Source: Gammaproteobacteria bacterium Ga0077554 | Lineage (GTDB): Bacteria; Pseudomonadota; Gammaproteobacteria; Ga0077554; Ga007554 | NCBI GenBank assembly: GCA_001464585.1 | Contig: LNFF01000032.1 | Coordinates: 149,285 to 213,284, forward strand | Direction of reading: 5' to 3' | Length of the DNA: 64,000 nt | Shown: one piece after another, positions 19,240 to 34,126 of the stretch | Layout of the letters: every line of letters begins with the position of its first letter | Numbering within the stretch: position 1 is the stretch's first letter | The notes under the pieces: model-generated | The model's database searches: none | What the model saw: only the letters and a program-made list of their open reading frames with translations | Told to the model about the DNA's origin: nothing | Position numbers and translations under genes: made by a program

Positions 19240-19866
19240 TTACTCCCCAATCACATCCACTCCCTTGGGGGGCGTAAATACAAACGCGCTGGCTTCAATG
19301 CTGGGGTTGCGTTGCAGGTTGTTGAATTTCAGGTGCGTGGTGTTGCCGAAGTTGTCAGTGATGGTCATCATGCGCAGGTCGCGTTGATCGAAGCCCAGTT
19401 GCACTTTTTCGAAATCTTTTTCGCTGGCTTTAGGCGTGAGTTCAACCCAGTCAAGGGCGTTGCGTGTGCCTAATGAAATAACAGTGAAGTCTTGCTGGGG
19501 AAAACGTGCGCCGCTTAGCAGTTGCGCAGGAGTGCCGCCGAGTACGCTGTCGAGTTGTTTGACGGTAACTTGTTCCAGGTCAGGATCATAAATCCACAGT
19601 TTGCGTCCATCCGCGACAATCAGTTGCGGGTAGGGCGCGCGATAATCCCAGCGAAATTTGCCGGGGCGTTGCAACACGAAGGTGCCTTTGGCGTCCTGGA
19701 TAATTTTGCCTTTACTGTCGGTAACGGTTTGTTCAAAGTCAGCACGCAGGCTTTTTACTTCGGTGAAGAATTGCTGGATGCGTTCATCGCCGCTTGCGGC
19801 ATGCGCGAGGCTGGTGGCGCACAGCAGGACAATAAAAAACAGTGGGCGAGTGAGCCAGTTGATCAT
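19240..19866 (-). CDS. lolA: Outer-membrane lipoprotein chaperone
   Basis: ADFEQ, RPGKFRW, IYDPDLEQV, FTPPKGVDV; follows ftsK. Confidence 0.93.
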   Translation of the reverse strand: MINWLTRPLFFIVLLCATSLAHAASGDERIQQFFTEVKSLRADFEQTVTDSKGKIIQDAKGTFVLQRPGKFRWDYRAPYPQLIVADGRKLWIYDPDLEQVTVKQLDSVLGGTPAQLLSGARFPQQDFTVISLGTRNALDWVELTPKASEKDFEKVQLGFDQRDLRMMTITDNFGNTTHLKFNNLQRNPSIEASAFVFTPPKGVDVIGE

Positions 19867-19877
19867 GCTATTTCCTA

Positions 19878-22184
19878 TTAATTAGACGGCGGTGGCGGCG
19901 CGAAGATTTCGCGGGTGCCATTGGATTGCAGGGGGCCGACGACGCCGCTGCGCTCCATTTCTTCGATAAGCCGTGCGGCGCGGTTATAGCCGATCTTGAG
20001 GCGGCGTTGCACGCCGGAGATGGATGCGCGGCGGGATTCGGTGACGATACGCAACGCCTGGTCGTAGAGCGGGTCAGAGTCACCACCGCCACCACCGGGC
20101 GGTTGATCTTCGCCAAGATAATCGCCGCCGCCAAGATCTTCGCCTTGCAGGATTTCTTCGAGGTATTGCGGCGCGCCAGCGCGCTTGAGTTGTGCTACAA
20201 CTTTATGCACTTCGTGGTCAGCAACGAATGCGCCGTGTACGCGTATCGGTATGCCGGTGCCGGGCGCGAGAAACAGCATGTCGCCGTGGCCGAGCAGTTG
20301 TTCGGCGCCCATTTGATCGAGGATGGTGCGCGAGTCGATTTTGGATGACACCTGAAAAGCGATGCGCGTGGGGATGTTGGCTTTGATCAGTCCGGTGATT
20401 ACATCCACCGAGGGACGCTGTGTAGCCAATATCAAATGAATACCGGCGGCGCGCGCCTTTTGCGCCAGACGGGCGATGAGTTCTTCGACTTTTTTGCCGA
20501 CCACCATCATCATGTCGGCCAGCTCGTCGATGACGACGACGATATAAGGCAAGGGTGCGAGCGTGGGGCAGACGAGCCCTTCGGCGGGCTTGAAGAAAGG
20601 ATCCGCAATCGGCGTTTCAGCGTCGATGGCGTCTTGTACCTTGCGGTTATGGCCGGTAATGTTGCGCACGCCCATCGCGGCCATCAGCTTATAGCGCCGT
20701 TCCATTTCCGCCACGCACCAGCGCAGTGCCTGGGCCGCCTCTTTCATGTCGGTGACGACTGGTGTGAGCAAATGGGGGATGCCTTCGTAGACCGACAGCT
20801 CAAGCATTTTCGGGTCGATCATGATCAGCCGCGCGTCTTTGGGCGTGGCATTGTAGAGCAGGCTTAGAATCATGGCGTTAATACCCACCGATTTACCCGA
20901 GCCAGTGGTGCCCGCCACCAGCAGGTGCGGCATCTTCGCCAGATCAACCACCACCGGTATGCCGGAAATGTTTTTGCCCAGCGCCAGGCTCAATGGCGAG
21001 GCGGCATTTTCGTATTCTTTGGAGCTGAGGATCTCACTCAGGCGCACGGTTTCGCGGTGCTCGTTGGGGATTTCCAGCCCCATCACGGATTTGCCCGGAA
21101 TAATCTCGACCACGCGCACGCTGATGACGGACAGCGAGCGCGCCAGGTCTTTTGACAGGTTGCTGATCTGGTTACTTTTGACGCCCGCCGCTGGCTGTAT
21201 TTCAAAGCGTGTGATCACCGGGCCTGGGTGGACTTCAACAACTTGCGCGTCAACGCCGAAATCCTTGAGCTTCAGTTCAACCTGGCGTGACATGGCTTCC
21301 AGCGCAGCAGGCGAAACCGTTGCCTTGTGCGGTTCGGGCGCGTCCAGCAGTGACAAGGGCGGCAGATCGGTGGCGGTCACCTGATCAAACATTTGGATTT
21401 GGCGCTCTTTTTCCACGCGCGCGCTGGGTTCGGGTTTTTTAATCACGGGTTCGATGCGCACTGGCACGCGACCCTCGCTCTTTTTCTTGTCGGCTTCCAG
21501 AGATTCGGTGCGTTCCTTGCGTGCACGTCGGCCAGCCAGATGCTCTTTGAACTCAATCCAGGCAATTTTGGATTTTTCAAAAGCCTGAATGGCAAGATGG
21601 CCGGTGACATCCATCAACCGGAACCACGACAGACCTGTAAAGAGCGTCACTCCGCTCAAGAACAGAGCTAAAACAAACAGTGTGGCGCCGACCGTGCTGA
21701 AGGAATGGGTGAGCGTGTTAGCCACTACGTCGCCGAGTATGCCGCCGGAATTCAGTGGTAACGATGGCGCTGTGCTGCTGAAACGTAGCGTGGCCAGGCC
21801 GCTACCCGCCATCATGGTCAGTATGCCGCCGACAGCGCGCCACGCCAAATGAGTGGAGCTGGGTTTCTCATGTTCTTTGTATAAAAACCAGCCGCCCACA
21901 CCCACCATGATAGGAAAAAGATACGCAAAATAACCAAACACATAGAGAAATACATCGGCAAACCACGCACCCGCCACGCCACCACTGTTTTCGACATGGT
22001 CGCTCGCGCCCGTGCGCGACCAACCCGGATCGGCGGGATGATACGTCACCAGCGATACCAGCAGATAAATGGCGATGGCGCCCAGCACCAGCAGCGCGCC
22101 CTCGCGCAGGCCACGGCTCACGCCACTGTTGATCTGGGCAAGCAGTGGCAGTTTTCCATCTTTTTTGCGTGTTGCCTGCGCCAA
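19878..22184 (-). CDS. ftsK: DNA translocase FtsK (likely TTG start at 22184)
   Basis: N-terminal TMs, [22 protein letters not shown], gamma domain IGYNRAARL. Confidence 0.95.
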   Translation of the reverse strand: MAQATRKKDGKLPLLAQINSGVSRGLREGALLVLGAIAIYLLVSLVTYHPADPGWSRTGASDHVENSGGVAGAWFADVFLYVFGYFAYLFPIMVGVGGWFLYKEHEKPSSTHLAWRAVGGILTMMAGSGLATLRFSSTAPSLPLNSGGILGDVVANTLTHSFSTVGATLFVLALFLSGVTLFTGLSWFRLMDVTGHLAIQAFEKSKIAWIEFKEHLAGRRARKERTESLEADKKKSEGRVPVRIEPVIKKPEPSARVEKERQIQMFDQVTATDLPPLSLLDAPEPHKATVSPAALEAMSRQVELKLKDFGVDAQVVEVHPGPVITRFEIQPAAGVKSNQISNLSKDLARSLSVISVRVVEIIPGKSVMGLEIPNEHRETVRLSEILSSKEYENAASPLSLALGKNISGIPVVVDLAKMPHLLVAGTTGSGKSVGINAMILSLLYNATPKDARLIMIDPKMLELSVYEGIPHLLTPVVTDMKEAAQALRWCVAEMERRYKLMAAMGVRNITGHNRKVQDAIDAETPIADPFFKPAEGLVCPTLAPLPYIVVVIDELADMMMVVGKKVEELIARLAQKARAAGIHLILATQRPSVDVITGLIKANIPTRIAFQVSSKIDSRTILDQMGAEQLLGHGDMLFLAPGTGIPIRVHGAFVADHEVHKVVAQLKRAGAPQYLEEILQGEDLGGGDYLGEDQPPGGGGGDSDPLYDQALRIVTESRRASISGVQRRLKIGYNRAARLIEEMERSGVVGPLQSNGTREIFAPPPPSN

Positions 22185-22277
22185 GCTGATTATCCTCTGT
22201 GTTTGCTGATGAACCGCGATTGGCTTATTATACAACCTCTAACGATATCGTGCCCATTCTCTAAGGAACCCCATGTG

Positions 22278-22360
22278 TGTCATTTCGACCGCAGGGAGAA
22301 ATCCTGGAAGAGTCCCACATTCGTTCGAGACAAGGATTTCTCCCTGCGGTCGAAATGACA
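22278..22360. repeat. TGTC-tagged REP-like inverted pair with internal partial arm
   Basis: TGTCATTTCGACCGCAGGGAGAAATCC ... GGATTTCTCCCTGCGGTCGAAATGACA. Confidence 0.9.
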
Positions 22361-22373
22361 GTACACCCATTAA

Positions 22374-23369
<996 letters not shown>

Positions 23370-23429
23370 ATAAAGCATCGTATTTCTCTTGCCCGGTTAT
23401 ATTTAGTGTGCGCCTATGCTGGACAGTGG

Positions 23430-23499
23430 TGTCATCTCGACCGCAGGGAGAGATCTTTTGTGGCGGCGAACAAGATCCCTCACTTCGTTCGGGATGACA
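23430..23499. repeat. TGTC-tagged REP-like pair with arms from two subtypes
   Basis: TGTCATCTCGACCGCAGGGAGAGATCT ... AGATCCCTCACTTCGTTCGGGATGACA. Confidence 0.85.
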
Positions 23500-23560
23500 G
23501 GGGAATGACAGTAAATATCCGCAATGCCGGGGGTAATTTAACTCGCAGGAGCGCTAAAAG

Positions 23561-24106
23561 ATGGGACAAAAATACTCAGAGCTAAACGAAAAACTGCAAG
23601 AATTTATCAAACAGCAGAAGATCTTTTTTGTTGCTACGGCAGCGCCAGAGGGCAGGGTTAATCTCTCGCCGAAGGGCATGGACAGTTTTCGCATCATTAG
23701 CGCCAACAAAATAATCTGGCTGAATTTAACCGGCAGCGGTAATGAAACAGCGGCGCATCTGCTGGAAAGCAATCGCATCACCGTGATGTTTTGCGCGGTG
23801 GAAGGAACGCCGATGATCTTGCGTTTATATGGCCGGGCAACGGTGTTTCATCCCAGGGATGACGAATGGAATACGCTTGCGGCAATGTTCCCGCCGATTG
23901 CAGGCGCGCGGCAATTTATTGAAATGGATATTGATCTGGTGCAAACCTCATGTGGGATGGGCGTGCCTTATTTTGACTATATGGGAGATCGGCAGCAATT
24001 GACAGATTGGGCCGAAAAGAAAGGCGATGCCGGTCTGCAACAGTATTGGAGTGATAAAAATCAGGTCAGCCTTGATGGTAAGCCGACGGGGATATTTGAA
24101 CCGTAA
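23561..24106 (+). CDS. Pyridoxamine 5'-phosphate oxidase-family FMN-binding protein
   Basis: FFVATA, NLSPKG, TGSGNET, ILRLYG, VQTSCG. Confidence 0.85.
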   Translation: MGQKYSELNEKLQEFIKQQKIFFVATAAPEGRVNLSPKGMDSFRIISANKIIWLNLTGSGNETAAHLLESNRITVMFCAVEGTPMILRLYGRATVFHPRDDEWNTLAAMFPPIAGARQFIEMDIDLVQTSCGMGVPYFDYMGDRQQLTDWAEKKGDAGLQQYWSDKNQVSLDGKPTGIFEP

Positions 24107-24132
24107 GTCCCCGGCGCGCTGACGTTAGGATC

Positions 24133-25293
24133 ATGAAAAAAATGCGCCTGACCCTCCTCGATAGCGTTGACACCCTGACCGCCGATCAATGGAATGCGTT
24201 GGCGGGTGATACCAATCCCTTTTTGCGCCATGAATTTCTTGTTGCGCTGGAACGTCATCAATGCGTCGGTGCAGCGGCAGGATGGTGGCCGCAACATCTG
24301 ATCGTTGAACATGACGGCCAACTCATCGGTGCAATGCCGATGTATATGAAAAACAATTCCTACGGCGAGTTTGTGTTTGATTGGGATTGGGCGGATGCCT
24401 ATCATCGTGCCGGGCTGCGCTATTATCCCAAGCTGGTGGTGGCTGTGCCTTATACCCCGGCCACGGGGTCGCGCCTGCTACTTGCAGATACACAGCAACG
24501 CGCGCAGGTTGCGGATCTGCTGATTAGTGGCGCGATAGAGCATGCGCAACGCAGTAATGCCTCAGGTTTGCACTGGCTGTTTACCAACGCTGCGGACACG
24601 GCGCATCTGGCGCGGCATGGTTTGTTGCAGCGTGTGGGTTGTCAATATCATTGGGAGAATCGGGGCTACCGTGATTTTGATGATTTCCTCAGCCAGTTGT
24701 CAGCCGAAAAACGCAAAAAAATTAAGCGTGAGCGACGTCATGTGAATGATGCGGGCGTAGTGCTGGAGTTGCTGGATGGTCATCAAACCAGCGCGGCGCA
24801 ATGGGCGATTTTTCATGAATTTTATAAATCCACCTTTGACGAAAAAGGCGGCATTGCGTCCTTGACCTTGGAGTTTTTCAAAGAATTGGGAGAAGCCATG
24901 CCCGATCAAACATTGCTGATTATGGCAAGTTATCAGGGCCAGTATGTGGCAGGCTCATTTTTTCTGCGCGGGCGTGATACCTTGTATGGTCGACACTGGG
25001 GTTGTACGGCGCAATTTCATAGCCTGCATTTTGAAGCATGTTATTACCGCGCAATTGAGTATTGCATCGCACAGGGGTTGCAACGTTTTGAAGCGGGCGC
25101 GCAAGGCGAACACAAGATCAGCCGTGGTTTTTTACCTACTCCTACCTATTCCATGCACTGGATAGCCAATGCGCGTTTTCGTGAGGCGATTGATAATTTT
25201 CTGGTGCGTGAAACGCAATCGATTGAACAGTATATGCACGAACTGAAGCAGCACTCCCCTTACAAAAGCCTTTTTCAATCTCTTGGAGTTTGA
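24133..25293 (+). CDS. FemAB-like GNAT protein (DUF482 type)
   Basis: SYGEFVFDW.WA, YYPKL, LYGRHWG, LHFEACYY, FEAGAQGEHK. Confidence 0.88.
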   Translation: MKKMRLTLLDSVDTLTADQWNALAGDTNPFLRHEFLVALERHQCVGAAAGWWPQHLIVEHDGQLIGAMPMYMKNNSYGEFVFDWDWADAYHRAGLRYYPKLVVAVPYTPATGSRLLLADTQQRAQVADLLISGAIEHAQRSNASGLHWLFTNAADTAHLARHGLLQRVGCQYHWENRGYRDFDDFLSQLSAEKRKKIKRERRHVNDAGVVLELLDGHQTSAAQWAIFHEFYKSTFDEKGGIASLTLEFFKELGEAMPDQTLLIMASYQGQYVAGSFFLRGRDTLYGRHWGCTAQFHSLHFEACYYRAIEYCIAQGLQRFEAGAQGEHKISRGFLPTPTYSMHWIANARFREAIDNFLVRETQSIEQYMHELKQHSPYKSLFQSLGV

Positions 25294-25307
25294 TTTCCCC
25301 GGCAGTT

Positions 25308-25370
25308 TGTCATCCCGAACGTAGTGAGGGATCTTGCTTAAGAAGATTCCTCGCGGTGCTCGGAATGACA
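25308..25370. repeat. TGTC-tagged REP-like pair, subtype B
   Basis: TGTCATCCCGAACGTAGTGAGGGATCT ... AGATTCCTCGCGGTGCTCGGAATGACA. Confidence 0.85.
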
Positions 25371-25478
25371 CTTCTTATTGCGAGGATTTTTATTAACCCG
25401 TGAGATGCTTGGTGATACCTTCATCGCGGGCAAAATGATAAATTTTTGAACATACATCCAATGCCCCCAAATTATTCT

Positions 25479-25508
25479 TTGTCTAAACTGAACGGCTGGG
25501 GCTATAAT
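25479..25508 (+). promoter_or_regulatory. Sigma70-type promoter candidate for the EPS operon
   Basis: TTGTCT-N18-TATAAT. Confidence 0.5.
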
Positions 25509-25579
25509 TATAGTATGTAGTAATGTAAGAGATCAAAGGGATTTTGAAACAGGGTCAACCACAGTAAAGGGAATTCGCC

Positions 25580-26410
25580 ATGCATATACATACCCCAAAG
25601 ATTTTTGGTATTGCAATCATTCTGTCTTCTTTGTTGTCGCCCGCCCATGCAGCCGTTGTTGATTTGGATCCGCTGCAAGCGGGTGTATACACTGGCGGTG
25701 ACGGTGTATTGAGCCGCTGGGTACAGACGAAGTCCTCCTGGCCCGGCGTCAATGGTAGCAGCCCCGGTCTTGAAACTCTTGCCGACCAGGATGCCGCCTT
25801 GGCTTTGCCTTCCACCGATTCAAATATCCTGCGCAGTTTCGAAGGTACAGTTGCTACGATCAATTTCTCTGACGATGTGTACCGTGATAAGTGGGCGGCT
25901 ACATGGAGTCCTGCAGGAACGACTCCAGTACCGTTATTCCCCGCCTCCAATGACCCTAATCAGAATGATTTCGCCGTGTCTTTTGCAGGATTCATCGCTA
26001 TCACCACCCCCGGCGAATACAACTTCGGGGTACTTTTTGATGATGCCTTCCGCTTCACGCTGACAGGCGCCAACGGTTCTTATACGATCTTCAAGGATGG
26101 GCTGAATCCGCGCGAGATCGTTGGATTCGATTCAAACTTCGCCCTCGAAGCCGGAATGTATCAATTTTCCCTGGCCTCATTTGAGCATCTGGAAGCCGGT
26201 GTCGTCGCCCTTAACTGGTGGCATGGCCCAACCACGTCCGACTTCGGAGTCATTCCCCCGGGTAACCTGTTTAGCGCCCTGCCGCCTGTGCCGGAACCTG
26301 AGGAATGGCTGCTGTTTGTGGTTGGGTTGCTGACGCTGGCATGGTATTTCCGGAAAAAACCGTCCACTCTTTCTGTACTCGCCACCCCTGCTTTATCCTC
26401 GCAGCCATGA
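25580..26410 (+). CDS. PA14-domain PEP-CTERM protein
   Basis: Signal peptide (AHA); PA14 pattern FAVSFAGFI...GEYNFG..DD.FRF...LEAG.Y; VPEP-TM-RKK sorting signal. Confidence 0.8.
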   Translation: MHIHTPKIFGIAIILSSLLSPAHAAVVDLDPLQAGVYTGGDGVLSRWVQTKSSWPGVNGSSPGLETLADQDAALALPSTDSNILRSFEGTVATINFSDDVYRDKWAATWSPAGTTPVPLFPASNDPNQNDFAVSFAGFIAITTPGEYNFGVLFDDAFRFTLTGANGSYTIFKDGLNPREIVGFDSNFALEAGMYQFSLASFEHLEAGVVALNWWHGPTTSDFGVIPPGNLFSALPPVPEPEEWLLFVVGLLTLAWYFRKKPSTLSVLATPALSSQP

Positions 26411-26778
26411 CACGGCAACCTCTTGCATCGCTGGGCCATCGCATCGTCCATGCGCTGGCAATTGGTGGCGGCTGGTTTATCTATTTCTGGTTATGGTGGC
26501 GCGTCATTTACGTGTATGGCCAGGGTTTGAGTCCGCTGGTAGCGCTGTTTCTCGTCATCACCATCATTATCGTACCTACCATTACCCTGATCTGGATCTT
26601 GCACAATGTCCGTATCTTCAAGCGCAAAGGTCTGCGGCGCGGTCGTACCACCACCCAAGACAATTATGTTTCCGACTGGAAAGGACGCCGTGTAACAGCA
26701 GACTGGATCAACATGAAACAGGCGTCGAGCATCGTCATCTCAGTGCGCGAAAACGATAAGCAATACGAGGCAGGATAA
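26407..26778 (+). CDS. PgaD-like two-TM synthase partner
   Basis: ATGA overlap with the preceding gene; 2 TMs then WILHNVRIFKRKGLRR, resembling the PgaD W..YN..RF...RR pattern. Confidence 0.6.
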   Translation: MTRQPLASLGHRIVHALAIGGGWFIYFWLWWRVIYVYGQGLSPLVALFLVITIIIVPTITLIWILHNVRIFKRKGLRRGRTTTQDNYVSDWKGRRVTADWINMKQASSIVISVRENDKQYEAG

Positions 26779-26816
26779 CTCTCGCCACAGATACTTCACA
26801 ACCTAGATAAAAATGC

Positions 26817-28085
26817 ATGGACGCACTCTCGATAATCACATGGATTGACAACAGCCTGTTGTATGCGGCAATGCTGGGTTTCTTTGCCCTGTATCCGATG
26901 GTCACCAGCATTATGTGGATCACGACCTCGATGTTTTTCCGCTGGCGGCAGGAGAAAAACACCACAATGCCGCTCGACACGGCAACCACCTATACGCCGA
27001 AAGTGTCGATACTCATTGCCGCGCACAATGAAGAGGCCGTTATCGAGGCGTCGCTGAAAGCCGCCCATGCCATCGACTACCCGGACTTTGAGGTGGTAGT
27101 AGTGGACGATGGCTCCACGGACCAGACGGCGAATATCGTTGCACGTTACCAGCAATCCCACGGCGTTCGTCTGATCCGCAAAACCATTAACGAAGGCAAG
27201 GCGATGGCGCTCAACGATGCGTTGCCCTGTTTGCGCGGAGAAATTGTGTTGATTCTTGACGCCGATGCTGAACCCGAGCCGCAGGCGCTACGGTATATGG
27301 TGCGCCACTTCGAGAGCGCGCGGGTCGCGGCGGTTACCGGTAATCCCCGTGTTAAAAATGCCACGACGCTGTTATCACGTTTGCAACTCATGGAATTTAC
27401 CTCCATCGTCAGTTTGCTGCGCCGCTCGCAACGCGTATGGGGCCGTCTGCTCACGGTATCCGGCGTGGTATCGGCCTTTCGCAAGGACGCCATTCTGGAT
27501 GTGGGAGGCTTCAGCCCTGAAATGCCTACTGAAGACATCGAACTGACCTGGAAATTGCAGAAACGTTTTTATGATGTGCGCTACGAGCCGAATGCAGTGA
27601 TCTGGATGATCGTGCCGCAAAAGTTACGTGGGCTTTATAAACAGCGCCTGCGCTGGGCGCACGGTTTGATGCAGGTATTGCGCAAACATTACGACATCAT
27701 GCTGCACTGGAAATATCGTCGCATGTGGCCGGTGTATGTAGAGTCGGTGCTCTCAGTGCTTTGGGCGGTATGTTTCGTCGCGCTCACCCTGCTTTGGGGA
27801 GTCTCGTTCAGCCTCGGCCACACACCCATAGGTGCAAACCCATTGCCCAACATCTGGGGCATGCTCATTGCCACCTTCTGTCTGCTGCAATTGCTGGCCG
27901 GCGCAGTGATGGATAAAAAATATGATCCCCATATCATGAAATATTATCCCTACGCGATTTTTTATCCGATCATCTACTGGATGCTGATGTCTGTCACCAC
28001 GGTGATATCGATGACGGCGTTGTTCAGGAAACCGGCCAAACAAGCAGTACGCTGGGATACTGCCCGTAATGGCAAAATGGCGTGA
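26817..28085 (+). CDS. pgaC: Poly-beta-1,6-GlcNAc synthase-like processive GT2 (PgaC/IcaA family)
   Basis: DDGSTD, GKAMALN, DAD, VTGNPR, TVSGV, TEDIE, QRLRW; C-terminal TMs with YPIIYW. Confidence 0.8.
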   Translation: MDALSIITWIDNSLLYAAMLGFFALYPMVTSIMWITTSMFFRWRQEKNTTMPLDTATTYTPKVSILIAAHNEEAVIEASLKAAHAIDYPDFEVVVVDDGSTDQTANIVARYQQSHGVRLIRKTINEGKAMALNDALPCLRGEIVLILDADAEPEPQALRYMVRHFESARVAAVTGNPRVKNATTLLSRLQLMEFTSIVSLLRRSQRVWGRLLTVSGVVSAFRKDAILDVGGFSPEMPTEDIELTWKLQKRFYDVRYEPNAVIWMIVPQKLRGLYKQRLRWAHGLMQVLRKHYDIMLHWKYRRMWPVYVESVLSVLWAVCFVALTLLWGVSFSLGHTPIGANPLPNIWGMLIATFCLLQLLAGAVMDKKYDPHIMKYYPYAIFYPIIYWMLMSVTTVISMTALFRKPAKQAVRWDTARNGKMA

Positions 28086-28091
28086 GGTGAC

Positions 28092-29792
28092 GTGATCACG
28101 ATGAAAGCAAGGATCGCGGTGCCCTTATTGCTGGTGAGTCTGTCGGTGCTGTGGCCGGGGTTGTCGTGCGCCGGAATGCGTGAGGATGCCAGGCAGCTTG
28201 TCGATCAAAAGAATTTCGTCGGCGCCTTGGAAAAGTATGACCGGCTGCTGGCCGAAACACCTGATGACGCCGACCTTCTGATCGAAGCTGGCCGCGTCAA
28301 TGCCTGGGCGGATCGGCACCAGGAGGCGGTAATAATCTATCAGCGCGTTCTCGTTGTGGCGCCGCAACGCCGCAATGACGTATTGCTGCCGCTGGCATGG
28401 CAATTGACCTGGTCGGGACAGCATCGGGGCGCGATCCCACTATTCCGCGAATCTCTCATCGCTGATCCTGATAATCGCGACGCACGACGCGGCCTCGCCG
28501 AAGCACTTAGCGGCGACAACCGTCTGGCGGAGGCATTGGGCGAATACCAGAAGCTGATCGCCTCTAATGCCGGTGACCTGCAAGCGCGTCACGGCGAAGC
28601 ACGCCTGCTGTTATGGATGGATCGTTATGCCGAAGCCGAACAGCGTTATCAGGCGATGCTGCGGGAAAATCCCGACGACAAGGAAGCTGCAATTGGATTG
28701 GCTCGCACACACAACTGGAGTGGCCGACATTTTCTCGCGGCACGCGAATATGAAGCCGCTGCCAGAAAATGGCCTGCGGACGAGACCATCAAAACCGACC
28801 TGGCGACGGCGCAACGCTGGGCGGGAGCCGACAACCTTGCTCTGCGCACGTTGAGCGGAATTTCCGGAGACAGCGCCGCGACACTGCGCCGTCAGATCAA
28901 GATAGATTCGCTTCGTGGGCTGCGCTTCGGCGCCACCACGGCTTATGATACCGACAGGCTGCGGGTTAATACCGCAACGCTGGCGTTCCGTTACCCGTTT
29001 GATGCAACCCGATTATTGCAAACCTCGCTCCGCCGGGCGCAGATCGAACAACGCGGACAGCATGCCGACGGCAAGGAATTACTCGTTTCCTACGGCGACA
29101 GGTTTGGCGCTTTCGATGCGCCACGCGGGATGCTCTGGCCCTCCGTCAGTGCGGGTATCCGCGACTACGAGGGTTGGCAAACCTTTGCATGGCGCGCCGG
29201 TGTAAAGTGGTTGCCCGCCGATCTGTGGCGAATCGATTTCGACGCAGGTAATGAAGTCATCGAAAACATCCCCTCCGTGCGCAACCACGTCACATTCACC
29301 TCTCTTGGCGCAGGAACGGAAGTCAGGATTCATCCGCGCATCACCGCTGCCGCCAGCCTTGGCGTGGGGCGCTTCGATGATGGAAATATCCGTAATCGCT
29401 TGCGGGCACGCATCGAGGGCTTGGTGCTGACCCAACCACGCATCACGCTGGGTTGGGAAGGTTTACGTTTTTCCAACAGCAAACCCGACATCGTGCGTGG
29501 CTACTACAACCCGGAAAGTTATATCGAAAACAAATTGATTACAAGTATCGAAACTACACGCTGGGACTGGAATTTCCAGGCCAGAGCAGGCTTGGGGCGG
29601 CTCAGCGAAGAACCGTCGGGAATAGGCCGTGGAATCTATTCCTGGGAACTTCATGCCTGGCGCTATATCAGGGATTCAACAAACCTGCGCCTGTTTGTCG
29701 GGCGCTCCGATTCCGCCTTCAACTCCAACTCAACATTCGGCAGCGGATACTCGCGTAGCTACGGCGGCATCGATCTAACCATCATCTTCTGA
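28092..29792 (+). CDS. TPR + outer-membrane beta-barrel export protein (PgaA-like)
   Basis: Signal peptide, multiple TPRs, amphipathic beta-strands, YYNP motif, terminal YGGIDLTIIF. Confidence 0.65.
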   Translation: MITMKARIAVPLLLVSLSVLWPGLSCAGMREDARQLVDQKNFVGALEKYDRLLAETPDDADLLIEAGRVNAWADRHQEAVIIYQRVLVVAPQRRNDVLLPLAWQLTWSGQHRGAIPLFRESLIADPDNRDARRGLAEALSGDNRLAEALGEYQKLIASNAGDLQARHGEARLLLWMDRYAEAEQRYQAMLRENPDDKEAAIGLARTHNWSGRHFLAAREYEAAARKWPADETIKTDLATAQRWAGADNLALRTLSGISGDSAATLRRQIKIDSLRGLRFGATTAYDTDRLRVNTATLAFRYPFDATRLLQTSLRRAQIEQRGQHADGKELLVSYGDRFGAFDAPRGMLWPSVSAGIRDYEGWQTFAWRAGVKWLPADLWRIDFDAGNEVIENIPSVRNHVTFTSLGAGTEVRIHPRITAAASLGVGRFDDGNIRNRLRARIEGLVLTQPRITLGWEGLRFSNSKPDIVRGYYNPESYIENKLITSIETTRWDWNFQARAGLGRLSEEPSGIGRGIYSWELHAWRYIRDSTNLRLFVGRSDSAFNSNSTFGSGYSRSYGGIDLTIIF

Positions 29793-29810
29793 CGATCAGC
29801 GCGAATTGGT

Positions 29811-32992
<3,182 letters not shown>

Positions 32993-32993
32993 T

Positions 32994-33911
32994 TCATTCT
33001 CCCTTGGCGGCCTTCACTGCATGGCCGCCAAAGGCGTTGCGCATCAGTGACAGGAGACGGAACGGGTAGCCTTCGCTGTCCTGGCTGTTAAAGCGCATTT
33101 GCAGCGCCAGCGTCATCACTGGCGTGGCGACACCTTGGTCGATACCTTCAATGGCCGTCCAGCGGCCTTCGCCAGAGTCCGGTACATAGGGCGCGATTTT
33201 ATCCAGGGATTGATCATCCTTGATCGCTTCGGCGGTCAGGTCAAGCAGCCAGCTACGCACCACGGAACTGTGACGCCACAACTCGGTGATTTGCCCCAGA
33301 TCCAGCGCAAATTCATCCTTGCCACGCAACAGCGCCAGACCTTCAGCGAAGGCCTGCATCATGCCGTATTCAATGCCGTTATGAATCATTTTGGTGAAGT
33401 GGCCAGCGCCAATCGGGCCGACATGCGCCCAGCCGCGATCAGGCGCGGGCGCCAGAACTTTGAGCGCGGGTTCCAGCATCTTGGCAACCTCGGGCTTGCC
33501 TCCCACCATCAAACAGTAACCGTTATCCAGTCCCCAGATGCCGCCCGAGGTGCCTGCATCCATGAAGTTAATGCCATGCTCGGCCAGCCAGGCGCCCCGG
33601 CGCTGGCTATCGTGATAATTGGAGTTGCCGCCATCCACTACCAGATCGCCACGGGAAAGCAGCGGGATTAATTCACGAATCTGCTGCTCAGTGGGGTCAC
33701 CGCTGGGCAGCATCAGCCATACAATACGCGGTGCAGCAAGTTTTGTAACGGCATCGGCGACAGAGGTGGCGGGAATCATGCCCTCTTCGGCCGCGATTTT
33801 GTTAACGACATCCATGGAGCGGTTATAGCCGACCACCTGCACCCCGCCACGGCACAGGCGACGCGCCATGTTGCCGCCCATTTTGCCAAGCCCTATCAAT
33901 GCCATTTTCAT
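32994..33911 (-). CDS. gnd: Short-type decarboxylating 6-phosphogluconate dehydrogenase
   Basis: [35 protein letters not shown]. Confidence 0.92.
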   Translation of the reverse strand: MKMALIGLGKMGGNMARRLCRGGVQVVGYNRSMDVVNKIAAEEGMIPATSVADAVTKLAAPRIVWLMLPSGDPTEQQIRELIPLLSRGDLVVDGGNSNYHDSQRRGAWLAEHGINFMDAGTSGGIWGLDNGYCLMVGGKPEVAKMLEPALKVLAPAPDRGWAHVGPIGAGHFTKMIHNGIEYGMMQAFAEGLALLRGKDEFALDLGQITELWRHSSVVRSWLLDLTAEAIKDDQSLDKIAPYVPDSGEGRWTAIEGIDQGVATPVMTLALQMRFNSQDSEGYPFRLLSLMRNAFGGHAVKAAKGE

Positions 33912-33971
33912 GCTGTGTCTCCCTTCAAGTGGTGCCTGCCCGCGCTCTGGGTCGTTTGGCCATTTATATAT

Positions 33972-33994
33972 TTAGAGCCTGTTGAAACAGGCTC
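33972..33994. repeat. Short palindrome resembling two fused IS5-like ends
   Basis: TTAGAGCCTGTT-GA-AACAGGCTC; same end motif as 41601-41620. Confidence 0.45.
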
Positions 33995-34126
33995 CAGGCG
34001 TATCTTCTATATCGCCAATTTGTTTTGTTACTTTAGGTTCCTTGCAAGATAAGTCCTTTATGTGTCAAATTGCGGTGTGTAGTTGACCATTCATAGTAAA
34101 ATAGCCACACTCATTTTGCGATAGTC

